Source: Phaeosaccion multiseriatum (Eukaryota; Protista; Ochrophyta, other classes). Taken from it: 64,000 bases of DNA. A program made the translations under genes and the position numbers. Below are positions 1 to 11,344 of the stretch, in pieces; the stretch's first letter is position 1, and every line of letters begins with the position of its first letter. The stretch spans positions 4,836,001 through 4,900,000 of the forward strand of contig OZ218951.1 of NCBI GenBank assembly GCA_965112735.1, in the 5' to 3' direction. The notes under the pieces were generated by a model. It was not told where the DNA came from. It did no database searches and saw only the letters and a program-made list of their open reading frames with translations.

Positions 1-599
1 GGGAGCTGGAGATGCTCAGGGGGGAGGAGGAGAAGGACTACGCAGGAGGAGGGAGGACCCGAGCGACTAGAGGGGAGGGCTCTAGGCGCGGACAGACGAC
101 TCGGCCTGCCAGCGCTCGGCCTCGGATGGAGGGGGGCGCCGGGCAGACCCAGGGGGGGCAGGGAGAGCAGGTATGGAAGGAAGGAAGTGGCTGTAGATGA
201 AAGTTGAGGGCTGAAGGCTGAACGACAGCATGACAGCAGCTGTCAAGGCCGCGTGGGGATGGAGGGGGGTCGGTGCCAGGGTGTTGGGGGGGGGGGGGAA
301 AGGCGCAAAGGAGCAAAGGTGGATGATCAACGATTGAGTCCTCTTCGCCCTTCTTTCTCTCTCTCTTTCTTTCTGTCCCTCTCTCTGTCGCTCTCGCTGT
401 CTCTTACCTCTCTCTCTTTCTCTCTCTCTCTCTCTCCCTCCCTCTCGCTCTGGTCACCTGCCTCTCTCGCCCCCTCCTTTCCTCCCTCCGTCTCTCTCTC
501 TCTCTCCCTCTGTCTCGTGGGCCACAGACGCGTACACCGCTCTCCTTCGACAGCAGACCAGGCAGCGCTCGCAGCGCCAGCGCCGCGAAGAAGCGGAAT

Positions 600-649
<50 letters not shown>

Positions 650-2566
650 CAGAGGGGGCAAGGGCGGCAGAGAGGGAGGGCTGCTGATGCGGGGGGCGGC
701 GGCGGTTCTGCAGCAACAGCGGCAATCCGGCCAAGCCTCTGCGGTGAGTGAGGGGAGGGAGAGAGGGAGGGAGTGCGACACTGACGGAGGGAGGGAGTGA
801 CGTAGAGAAAGCGGGAGTGAAAGCGCGAGGGAGTGAATGAGTGCGGGAGGAAGTAAGGTAGTGAGAGCGTGGGGGGAGGAAGGAAGGAAGGAAGGATAGC
901 AGCGTCGCCAGCATGGCAGTGAGGTCTCACAACAACGAAGACAGCGACGTGTGAATTGAATGAGTGCTTGATACCCTCGGTGTGAATTGAATGAGTGCTT
1001 GATACCCTCGGTGTGAATTGAATGAGTGCTTGATACCCTCGGTGTGAATTGAATGAGTGCTTGATACCCTCGGTGTGAATTGAATGAGTGCTTGATACCC
1101 TCGCTCCCGTACCCTGCCCCACTCGTGCTCTGCTGCTCGGCTGCTCTGCTGCTCTGCCCCACCATTCATGCCTGCTCGATCCTGCTGTATGCGGCTCTGT
1201 CCCACTCCTTTCTACTCCTCATCTCTCATCCCAAAGGCCAAGCTTCGGAGTCGTCGGGAGAAGCAACAGCAGCGGCGAGCAGCGGCCATCGCGGCGACAG
1301 GCGTGGTTGGATCCAGCACGGCCAGAGGAGGAGCAAGGCCGGTGACGGCTGCTGCTGCTGTACCACCAACTGTTGTATCTCGAGACGATGTGCTGGAGTG
1401 GGGTAAGCAGATCGAGATGGCACTGGACAGGAGGGCAGAGCTTGTCGAAGGCGGCAAGATGTTCGCCGTCAATGGAAGGTGAGGAGGGAGGCAAGGAGGG
1501 ACGGAGGGGGTAAGGAAGGGATGGACGGAGGGAGGGAGGGAGGGAGGGAGGGAGATGGCAAAGGGTAGAGAATGTTATGGATCCAATGCACGAAGGGATG
1601 GAGCGCTATGGATCTAATGCACGAAGGGATGGAGCGACGAAGCGAGGGAGCGACTCGACTCCCCACAGCACGGACGGTGGTGCGCTCGGCTCTACCCCTC
1701 CCGACATACACTTCCTCCCTGCCTCCTTCCTTCCTTCCTTCCTTCCTTCCTTCCTTCCTTCCTTCCTTCCTTCCTCCCTGCCTCCTTCCTTCCTTCCTTC
1801 CTTCCTTCCTCCCTGCCTCCTTCCTTCCTTCCTTCCTTCCTTGCTCCCTTCCTTCCTTCTACTCCTTGACTTAGGGCACATTCTGATAACCTCCTCCCCC
1901 CCCTCACCTCTCTCTCTCTCTCTCCACTCTCTCCACCCTCTCGTCCCCCTCCCCTCTGTCCACCCTTTCTCCCCTCGTACCAGAGAACAAGTACGCATCA
2001 TCGAAGAAGATCCTTCCGCCGCCGCCGCCGGAGCGCCTTCCTTGCACAGAGACCGTTCCAGATCGGTACAACAGCTCCGACCCGCCCCCTTAGAGTCAGC
2101 GCGGAGCGGTCGGCGATCGTTCCGGGCCTCGCGATCCCCCGGGGCGGAGGGGAGGGGGCAGGAGGAGGATACGTTGGGTGGAGGGCCAGGGGGAGGAGGG
2201 AGCATGAGCCATCGAAGCGTTCCCAATCTCGCCATTGGGGGGGGGAGAAGCTCTGTCTCTGTTTCTGTCTATGGCTCCAACACTCAGGATGATGAGGAGG
2301 AGAAGGGGGGCGTCACAAATGGCGTCAGTACCACCAACACCAGGAGGGGGAGAGGGGGTGGTAGGGCCGGGCAAGGTCATGGACTTGGGTATCAGCAGAG
2401 GCCCAATGGAAGCCCCGTCACAGGGATGGGCAGGAGAGAAGGAGGAGGTATCAGTGGTGGTGGTGGGGTTGGTGTTAGGCCGGAGTCAGCCCCTGTGAGT
2501 CGGGGGGGGGGGAGGGAAGAGGAGGTAGAGGGGAAGAGGAAGGAGGGACGCCACGAGGGAGGGTAG
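1..2566 (+). CDS. 3' part of an intron-containing hypothetical low-complexity protein (5' end outside window); exons <1-170, 528-743, 1237-1478, 1984-2566
   Basis: GT/AG sites give phase-compatible joins (0,0,2) and one open frame ending at TAG 2564-2566; no recognisable domain. Confidence 0.65.
949..1103. repeat. Minisatellite: 5 perfect copies of 31-bp GTGTGAATTGAATGAGTGCTTGATACCCTCG inside an intron
   Basis: Direct reading; copies are head-to-tail with no spacers. Confidence 0.95.
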
Positions 2567-3741
2567 CAGGAGGAGGAGCAAGAGGAGGAACAAGCGGAAG
2601 AGGAGTAGGAAGAGGAGGACGAGGAGGAGGAGGAGGAGGAGGAGGAGGAGGAGGAGGACGAGGAGGAGGAGGAGGAGGAGGAGGAGGAGGAGGAGGAGGA
2701 GGAGGAGGAGGAGGAGGAGGAGGAGGAGGAGGAGGAGGAGGAGGAGGAGGAGGAGGAGGAGGAGGAGGAGGAGGAGGAGGAGGAGGAGGAGGAGGAGGAG
2801 GAGGAGGAGGAGGAGGAGGAGGAGGAGGAGGAGGAGGAGGAGGAGGAGGAGGAGGAGGAGGAGGAGGAGGAGGAGGAGGAGGAGGAGGAGGAGGAGGAGG
2901 AGGAGGAGGAGGAGGAGGAGGAGGAGGAGGAGGAGGAGGAGGAGGAGGAGGAGGAGGAGGAGGAGGAGGAGGAGGAGGAGGAGGAGGAGGAGGAGGAGGA
3001 GGAGGAGGAGGAGGAGGAGGAGGAGGAGGAGGAGGAGGAGGAGGAGGAGGAGGAGGAGGAGGAGGAGGAGGAGGAGGAGGAGGAGGAGGAGGAGGAGGAG
3101 GAGGAGGAGGAGGAGGAGGAGGAGGAGGAGGAGGAGGAGGAGGAGGAGGAGGAGGAGGAGGAGGAGGAGGAGGAGGAGGAGGAGGAGGAGGAGGAGGAGG
3201 AGGAGGAGGAGGAGGAGGAGGAGGAGGAGGAGGAGGAGGAGGAGGAGGAGGAGGAGGAGGAGGAGGAGGAGGAGGAGGAGGAGGAGGAGGAGGAGGAGGA
3301 GGAGGAGGAGGAGGAGGAGGAGGAGGAGGAGGAGGAGGAGGAGGAGGAGGAGGAGGAGGAGGAGGAGGAGGAGGAGGAGGAGGAGGAGGAGGAGGAGGAG
3401 GAGGAGGAGGAGGAGGAGGAGGAGGAGGAGGAGGAGGAGGAGGAGGAGGAGGAGGAGGAGGAGGAGGAGGAGGAGGAGGAGGAGGAGGAGGAGGAGGAGG
3501 AGGAGGAGGAGGAGGAGGAGGAGGAGGAGGAGGAGGAGGAGGAGGAGGAGGAGGAGGAGGAGGAGGAGGAGGAGGAGGAGGAGGAGGAGGAGGAGGAGGA
3601 GGAGGAGGAGGAGGAGGAGGAGGAGGAGGAGGAGGAGGAGGAGGAGGAGGAGGAGGAGGAGGAGGAGGAGGAGGAGGAGGAGGAGGAGGAGGAGGAGGAG
3701 GAGGAGGAGGAGGAGGAGGAGGAGGAGGAGGAGGAGGAGGA
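2567..3741. repeat. (GAG/GGA)n trinucleotide tract, uninterrupted from 2660 to 3741
   Basis: Direct reading; source of the spurious poly-Ser and poly-Pro ORFs. Confidence 0.95.
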
Positions 3742-4743
3742 CAGGGGACGAGGCGGGCGGGGCAGATAAACGTGGAACCCATACTCACTCACCCACTCAC
3801 CCACTCAACCACTCAACCACTCCCCCACTCACTCACTCACCCACTCACCCACCTATTCACTTTCTAGCTCTATTCTATGTACGAAGTTCAGAGAGCATGA
3901 ATGCAGTATATACACACTTCTCCAAGGTCGAGAGGCAAGCAGCAAGATTCACAGATGGAAATATTTGCGGCACTCCGTATCTAGTGCCTCCCCGCCACTC
4001 TCTTCCGTCCGCTGGGAAGCAGGGCTCACCCGTACGCTTCTATCTGATCCCCACTTGATATTGCCGAGGGCAGGGCTGTCTTTGACGAGGGGCTAAGTAG
4101 AGACCAAAAAGTAGCAGAGCACTGAGAAAGGCACTCAGTACTAGCTTATCTCGTTGGTTTACGTAATCTTTAGTAATAGCATAGTGTTTCATAAGCCACT
4201 GAGTACGCGTTGACTCGATTGGGCGGAACTTGCCTTTTGTCTCCGCACGAGCACAAGCCCCGCCTAGGACCTGGCGTTCACCTTTTATCATTGTGTGTTT
4301 AGCAGGCAGTACTTTCTCTAAGCTACGACTACTTGCTGTGCCCGCATGCCCCACTAAGGAAGCCCTCGTCCTCGATCCGTCGGGATTGCACTCTCTCCCC
4401 TCCACATGAGCTCACCTTCCCTCTCCCTCCTCCCTCAAGCTATGCACTTATTCACCCATTGATCCCGTAAGCTACACACATGACTCCCCTACCCCCCCCC
4501 GGACCCCCTTCCTCATATACTCCGCTCCTCTCTGCGACAGAGGATCGCAATCACTTCATCCCTCCTATACCAAGCCAGTGTGCCATGGGCAGTCTCTCCC
4601 TCGCATCGCATCCTGATGTACAGGCCCACTCGCATGGGCTGCATGACTGGTGCAAGCGAGCGAGCTGGAACGATACTCTTTCGTTGTCAAAGTCGTCGTT
4701 GCCCTACCAGCCCCCACCTCGCCCATCCCTCCTGGCTGCTCGC

Positions 4744-6247
4744 TCAGCCCATCTCCTCCGCCATGCTCTCCCACGTCTCGCTCCCCACACTCCAGGGCCT
4801 CTCCAGCGGCAGGATTCCGCTCTCCTTGCCGAAGGTCGGATCCGTCCTTCGCATGAGGTCCAGCGCGGTTTGGGACCGGAAGAAGGCTGTTGCCGCCTCC
4901 ATAAGTCGCTGCTCGATGTCGAGGCCGAGCTGACACCGCCGTGCCCCAGCCAAGGCCTTGTCCACCGAAGCACCGGCCGAGAGGAGCTGCCGCGCAGTCC
5001 CGTGCTGGTGTCTGATGATGGCAGCAAGGAGTGGGGTGGCACTGTGTGATTCCGTGATATCGATGAGGGATCCCGCAGAGATGAGACGAGCGACGACGGC
5101 CTCGTGTCCACAATGCGCGGCAAGGTAGAGAGATGTTGTGCCGTTGTTGGCCCATTTGTCCACACGCGCTCCCGCAGAGAGAAGCTTCTCCACCACGGCG
5201 TCGTGTCCCTCTTGAGAGGCAAGGTGAAGAGGAGTGAAACCTTCGAGGTCAGCCTTGTCGACGTTGGCGTGGGCCCTGATGAGCTGCTGTACAATTCCCG
5301 CATGCCCTTTAACAGATGCCTGATGAAGCGGAGTTCTCCCTTGATTACTTGCGTTGTTGACATCCGCTTGGGCTGAGATGAGGTGCCTTACAATAGAGCT
5401 GTGTCCGTTCTGAGAGGCAACCCAAATCGCAGAGATACCCCGCTTATCGGCCAAGTCGACAATAGCACGCGCCGAGAGCAGCTGCTGCACAGTCGTGGAG
5501 TGCCCCCTTTCCGACGCTACCATCAAGGGAGTAGCTCCTGTGGCGTCCGCCTGGTCGACAGGGGCTCCAATGTCCAACAGCCGCCTCACCACCTGATCCT
5601 GTCCATAGCTGCTAGCCGTCATCAACGGCGTGTATCCAAAGGGGCCCCCTCTGGTGCTGAAGGAGGCCTCTTCCCGCAGCAGCAGGTCTAAGACATCCAG
5701 CCGATCGTGCAGTATAGCCTCAAGCATTGCGGTACTTCCTTCTTCTTCGATGGGCTGATCCAAGCTTGCTCTGCCATGTTTGGCGATGAGCTTCCCAATC
5801 AACGCTTTCACAGTGGGGAAGCTGACTCCTCCCTTCAGAGCCTGCCCCAGCCGCTCCGCCTGGTGTTGTTGAGGGAAACGAGTTCGGGGGGGACAGACGC
5901 ACACACGTACATAGGATGAAAGGGATCAACAGGAAGCTGCTCGCTGCTTCGATACGTGAACATCCCACCGCCGCCCATCGTATCCGCAAAGCCCCCCCTC
6001 GCTTTGCTCTCCCCGAAACACAGAGTCCATCTTAGTGTACTGTGTGAGAAGCGGGGGAGAGGCGCAAACGCCGGGGAAAAAAGGGATCAATAGAGAGCTT
6101 CCCTCTGCGTCGACACGTGAGAACCCACCGCAGCTATCGTATCCGCACAAGAACCCCTCTCTCTTTGCTTCATTCTTTCCGAAGGACACCGTCTTACAGG
6201 AGGACGCTAGGTCGTACCTCGGGCGTTAAAGTTGCCTGCTCCGCCAT
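4744..6247 (-). CDS. Ankyrin-repeat protein ANK1 (8 repeats + conserved C-terminal tail); exons 6247-6218, 5859-4744
   Basis: Eight GxTPL..A...GH..VV..LL..GA repeats; exon 1 MAEQATLTPE|gtacga joins in phase 0 to caccag|AERLGQAL; same structure in all four copies and in the 42-43 kb paralogue. Confidence 0.9.
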
Positions 6248-6445
6248 GGTGAGCAAGCGGCTTCACGATTGATAGGGTAATGCTCACAAGGAGCCTACAG
6301 AAGGCTCTCTCGCTGCTGTGCAGTAGTCGGTGGCTCTGCCTATCACCGTCCCCCCCGCTCTCTGAAAAGTTTTGAAACTATGGAGGCCTCTGAAGCATAC
6401 TTTATTGACTTAATAGGAATCACCTAAGAAACTGAAAGTGTGAAA

Positions 6446-6476
<31 letters not shown>

Positions 6477-6522
6477 TGTGTGTGTAGGTGTCGCTGTGTC
6501 TCCGGGGCCCTCGAGGGGCCGG

Positions 6523-9500
6523 TTACTCCCCCTCTAGGGCGGGGAGGGGGAGTGCGGGACCGGCTCCGCGGTTGAGCCGACCCAGGAAGGCGCGCTCCCG
6601 CTCCGAGAGCCACATCTGGTGGCTGCAGCTGACGAGGCGGCGTAGTCGTGTCAGGACGTGGCCCTTGGTGGTGGAGGAGCCCGTGCGGCCAGTGCGGGTG
6701 ACCACGTGCTCGGCGAGTGCGTGCAGGAGCGATTGCGCCTGTGCGCCGAGTCGGCCGTGGGTCTCGATGGCGAAGGTGGAGAGGCGAACACGCTCTCGGT
6801 CGTAGGTGCCCCTGTAATGTCGCTCCTTGCGGGTCTCGCTGTTGGCGGCTGCCGCTCCCGGTCTAATGTCCGTGCGGAGCACATTCAAGGCCGTCCTGCA
6901 GAGGTTGTTACTCAGGGTTAGGTCAAGCATGTGCGCCGGGTGGGCAAAGGTGGGGTCGCGGGCTCCGGAGAGGGCGCCTCGGGGGAGGGTGGCGTCCATG
7001 CGGAAGGTCCGGGCGATGTTGTGCGGGGGGTTGAAGAGCTCCGAGCTCTCGTGTCCGACGCGGGAGACGTAGTTCTGCTTGAACATGTCCTCGACGGAGG
7101 AGAGCATCCCGGTGTGATAGAGCGAGCTCTGGTTGGGGCACTGGATGGCGTGGGAGGAGTCGGCGCGTGTGTTGCAGCGGGTGCAGACTAGTGCGTCGGG
7201 TTCCCCAGGGCTGTACAGACAGTTGATGCCGAGGGAGCGTCGTAGGGCCCCTACCATGTCTTGGGCCGGCATGGAGACCTGTCCAGGTGAGGTGGCGATG
7301 AAGCCCATGGCCCCGTCGCTGCTCTGGCTCAGGTGCCGAGACTTGGCCTGTCGGCGAGACTCCATGCCGGTATCGGCAGCAGCGGCGTCGTCGGGGAGTC
7401 GGTCCAGTGAGGCGCGGTACTTGTCCCGGCGTTGCGGCGCTAGGCATCTCTGCAGGGCGCGCTGCGTCTGCTGCTGCGGGGCCCAGGTGCCCTGGGCGAG
7501 GCTGGTGTCGAAGGCGTCCTCAGCTCGTTGGCGGTCCGCTGCTGAGGTGAGCGCGAGGTTGACCAGGGGGAGGGGGAGATTCATCTCCAGGTCTTGTCGG
7601 GAGAGGGTCCCGTCTTCGGCGGCGGCCTGGATGGTGGTAACGATGTTTTGGACCGTGCTACTCTGGCGGAGGGCTGGGGCGAGGTCGCGTAGGTCCGCCT
7701 CTGGCCAGATGGCTCCCGGTGTGATCACTGACTGGAGGGTGTCGGCGGCTGCGCCCAGGTAGGCTGGTATGGCGGTGTTGGTGAGGGAGAGGGAGCCCCA
7801 ACCTCCTTGGGACTGGGGAAGGAACATCTGTTGGTGCTGGTGTGAGGCGAGCTGAAGGTGCGACAGTCGGTCCGAGGGTGCGCTGGCGATGATGTCTCCG
7901 ATGGTGTCCGCTCCTGGGAGTTGGAGTAGGGCCTCTCCGACGGCGAGGCTGAGGGCGTCGCCGGGGGAGGCAATGGTGTTGATCGTCTGGCCGGGGGCGG
8001 CACCGCGCAGATAGTGCTGGAGTTTTGGCGAGAGTGACTTCGTGAGCAGGAGGAGGGCGGGTTGTGTCTCCGGCATGAGGGCGATCTGCTCGGCGAGGTT
8101 TAGGAAGGCGTGTCTGTCGGGTCCGTCCACCATGAGTTGGGAGAGGTAACCTCTGATGAAGTCGTCTTGGCCGACTGGGAGGCCGACAATGCTCAAGCCG
8201 CCGTCCTCGATGATGGTGCCGCCGGTGCGGTCCACGAAGGCGCGCTCTTCCATGGTGACGTGGTGGCCCGGGGGGGGGAGGTATCGTTGCTTGTCCGTGC
8301 GGCGGGTGAGGCCGATGGAGGCGAGGTCGGTGGTGAAGGTGTCGAGAGTGGGCTCGAAGTCGGCGAGGTTGCCGCGCCAGGGGTGGACGAAGTCGTCCTG
8401 GTAGGCCCGGGGTGCGGGGATGCCCTCCTCACGGGCCTCGTTGGTCCACTTCTGTTGGAGGGGGTAGAGTGCGCAGCAGAAGTTCTTGCTGGCCTCGGGG
8501 TCGCCTTGTCCGCCGCTGCCGCGGTTGGTGCGTAGCAGCTGGTTGCCGTCGTCAGACAGGTAGATGAGGTCGCGGTCCTTCCCAAGGGCGGCGATGTTGT
8601 GCTCGATGCCACGGGGGTCGACGAGGGCGGTTCCCGTGAGCGTGGCCGCGGTTGTGACTTCGTTATGGGCGTTGCGGAGGTCGCTGGTAGCGACCCAGTA
8701 GCCCATGTCGTGGAGCAGTTGGGCGGATTTGGCGACTTTCTCCGTGCCGTTCTTTGTCGCGACGCCAAGCTGGCCGACGCTCTCGAATGCCTCCTGGTAG
8801 GCGGGCTTGTAGTGGATGCCGTGGGTGGAGTGAAAGAGGCGGGTGAGCGTCTCCTTTACGGCGATGGGGCGTCGTTTCTCGCCGAGAGCGTCGAGGCAGG
8901 CATGGGTGAAGAGGCCGTGGAAGTACTCCGGGAGTTTGCCCAGGGACTCGTGGGCAAGGGGGAACTCGTTGACGAGGAGGAGGAGGAGGTCGGTGCCGTG
9001 GGCGGGGTCTTGAAGCATGTCCTTCAGGTGGGAGTAGCGGAGGCCTGAGGGGCCTGGTCCCGAGTGCCAGTTGGCGTTGATGAGTGCCTGCCGGATGACT
9101 CTGCGGTGGTCGGCGTTGTTGGGCTTAGTGTAGCGGCCGGGGTGTGCGGCGATGGTCCGTTGTGCGGTGGCGCGTGCGGAGGTGATGACCTCTTGTAGGG
9201 TTTCCGGGGCTGGCTCGCGTGGGTGCTTGGCGGCGAGGATGTCGAAGGTGGCCTGGTTGCGGGGGGGTTGATGCTCTGTCGAGGAGAGCGCGCTGGCTGC
9301 CTTGCTGATGCCTCCGGGTCGTGCGGTGAGTCCGGCAGCCCACGATCGTTTGGCTGCATCCGAGCGCACGGGGTCTTGTCGGGGGCGGCGGGCTTGGGCG
9401 TTTGCAATGAGCCTGCGAACGTGCTCCTCAATGACGAGGTTGTGGACGTCGTTGGCCATTTGGGCGCGTGAGTACTTGGGGGCGTGGCCGAGGATGAGGG

Positions 9501-9740
9501 CGGGGAGGAGTTGCCGAAAGTTGAGCCAGGCCCGAGCGGTGTTCCATGCGTCCTCTGGGGCAGCCGGTTCCAGGGCGGCGCGGATGGAGGTGATGAGTTG
9601 CCGGCCGATGTGGAGGTAGAAGGTGGCGAAGTGGAGGTTCTTGTGGAGGTGTTTGACAGTGGGGAAGACGAGTCCTTTGAGGTCGTATTGTGCCAATCCT
9701 TGGATCGTTGGGTGGTCCGAGGTCCAGTGTGGGAGGGGTA
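6523..9740 (-). CDS. Reverse transcriptase - zinc knuckle - restriction-like endonuclease portion of family A polyprotein
   Basis: SGPGPSG, RRPIAV, DLRNAHN, GQGDP, AYQDD, IVGLPVG, LPQSQGGWG; CTRC..HAIQC; RMD...LDLT...KERHY...FAIETHG. Confidence 0.9.
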
Positions 9741-10676
9741 GGGGGGGGGGGGGCCGGCGCCGGGGTCCGGCGCGGGGTCCCTTGCGTCCTCACCAGGAGG
9801 TGGCGCCGGTCCACCTCCTGCGCCGGGTAGCTGTCGTCGGTGGTGGTCGATGACGCCGGTGGTGATGGCGTCCAGTTCCCGTGCGAGTTGGGCGTGCTGT
9901 TCCGGTGTGATGGCGTGGGTGGCGAGCTGGTTGGCGTAGTGGGTCCTGATGTTGTCGACGGTGATGAGCGGCGGGAAGCGAGTGGGGCAGGGCTCGTTTC
10001 CGGCGCGTTGTTCAAGGATGCTGATGCAGTGGAGTCGGCCGTGGGCGTCAAGGTGAAGGTCTTGCAGGGCGGGGGTGGCCACCCTGTCGGCCATGCTGCC
10101 CGCCTGACAGCGGGGGTGGAAGCTGTGGCCGCAGGGGTAGGAGATCGCCTCTCCTGCGGGGATGGCTTCGGCGCAGATGTGGCAGATCTGGCGTGCCGGG
10201 TCGCGCGGGGGGCCGGGTGGTGGGGCCGCAAGGCGGTTGGTAAGGCGGTTGGCCAGGCGTGTAGCGGTGTCCTCCGGGAGGCGGGAGATGAGGGCCTCGT
10301 GGGTTTCCGAGCTGCGGCAGTAGGCGCAATCGGAGCTGGTGGGGAAGTGCGGTGGATCCGTGGCGTTGTGGAAGATGGCGTCGGAGATGCAGTCCGCGTG
10401 GGCTGGATGGGGGTGCTGTGCGCAAGCGTGGAAGGGAGCGGTGGGCGCGCTGTTGAGTGGCTCTAGGCAGTACAGGCAGCGGTCCTGGCCTTCGTCCTCA
10501 GGGGGGTCTTGGTCGTCGTTGTCGTCCGGGTCCTCATGGGGTGGGGTTCCGGGGGGGCTACCGGGGGGCGAGGCGGGGGGGCTGGGGGGTGGGCTGGCTG
10601 ACGGCCCTCCTGGGGGGGGTCCTCCCCCTGGCCCATGGGGGGGGGAGGGTGGGGGGCTGTCCGTGGGGTCGTTGCG
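9741..10676 (-). CDS. N-terminal part of family A polyprotein with Pro-rich region and two RING-type zinc fingers, separated from the RT frame by a -1 shift in a C13 run
   Basis: CLYC...CAQHPHPAHADC...CAYC and CHIC...CGHSFHPRC...; the RT frame is open back to G13 at 9741-9753 (LPLPHWTSDHPTIQGLAQYDL). Confidence 0.75.
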
Positions 10677-11344
10677 TCTGAAGCAGGCATTGGGTTTGGT
10701 GATCCGATTCACAGATCCCGATCCAAGGAGGGCGGAGTTCCTTGTTTGGGTGAAAGGCAGCGGCAGCAAGGCCGTGTTGAGTTTAAGTGCGCACAGACGC
10801 AACAGCGCCGCTGCTGCCTAGATGAGCGGTGCCTTCCTTCCGCCTCCACACGAGCACAACGACCTGGCGTTCACCTTTACAATTGTGTGTTTATTTAGCA
10901 GGGTAGTGCTCTTCTCTAAGCTGCGACTACTTGCTGTGCCCGCATGCCCCACTAAGGAAGCCCTCGTCCTCGATCCGTCGGGATTGCACTCTCTCCCCTC
11001 CACATGAGCTCACCTTCCCTCTCCCTCCTCCCTCAAGCTATGCACTTATTCACCCATTGATCCCGTAAGCTACACACATGACTCCCCTACCCCCCCCCGG
11101 ATCCCCTTCCTCATATACTCCGCTCCTCTCTGCGACAGAGGATCGCAACCACTTCATCGCTCCTGCACCAGACCAGTGTACCATGGGCAGTCCCTCTCTC
11201 GCATCGCATCCTGATGTACAGGCTCACCACTCGCATGGGCTGCATGACTGGTGCAAGCGAGCGAGCTGGAGCGGTACTCTTTCGTTGTCAAAGTCGTCGC
11301 TGCCCTACCAGCCCCCACCTCGCCCATCCCGCCTGACTGCTCGC

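Larger units (their letters stand above)
6398..10676 (-). mobile_element. Non-LTR retrotransposon, RLE (CRE-like) type, family A; probably 5'-truncated; 9-bp TSD TCTGAAGCA
   Basis: TSD at 6389-6397 and 10677-10685, with the empty site visible near 18741-18749; RT-ZnF-RLE ORF; 3' UTR with GGCCCCTCGAGGGGCC palindrome and (CA)n. Confidence 0.92.

Noticed and set aside
949-1103. CRISPR array
   Set aside because: The repeats are contiguous with no spacers, lie in a eukaryotic intron and have no cas genes nearby.
2392-3804. 470-aa poly-Ser and 437-aa poly-Pro ORFs
   Set aside because: These are stop-free readings of the (GAG)n tract.
4480-5049. Plus-strand ORFs repeated in each unit (MTPLPPPG...)
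   Set aside because: These are antisense shadows of the GC-rich ankyrin CDS; their lengths and frames vary between copies.
5860-5904. ORF-track start MCVCPPRTRF for the ankyrin genes
   Set aside because: It uses a GTG inside the intron; a conserved 30-nt ATG exon upstream splices in frame in all four copies.
6337-6397. SL RNA, snRNA, tRNA or rRNA gene as the retroelement target
   Set aside because: No recognisable RNA-gene motif by eye; an Rfam search is needed to exclude it fully.
10755-10822. Helitron 3' end (hairpin + CTAG) explaining the tandem array
   Set aside because: CTAG overlaps the stem, is followed by A rather than T, and no matching terminus exists at the array edges.
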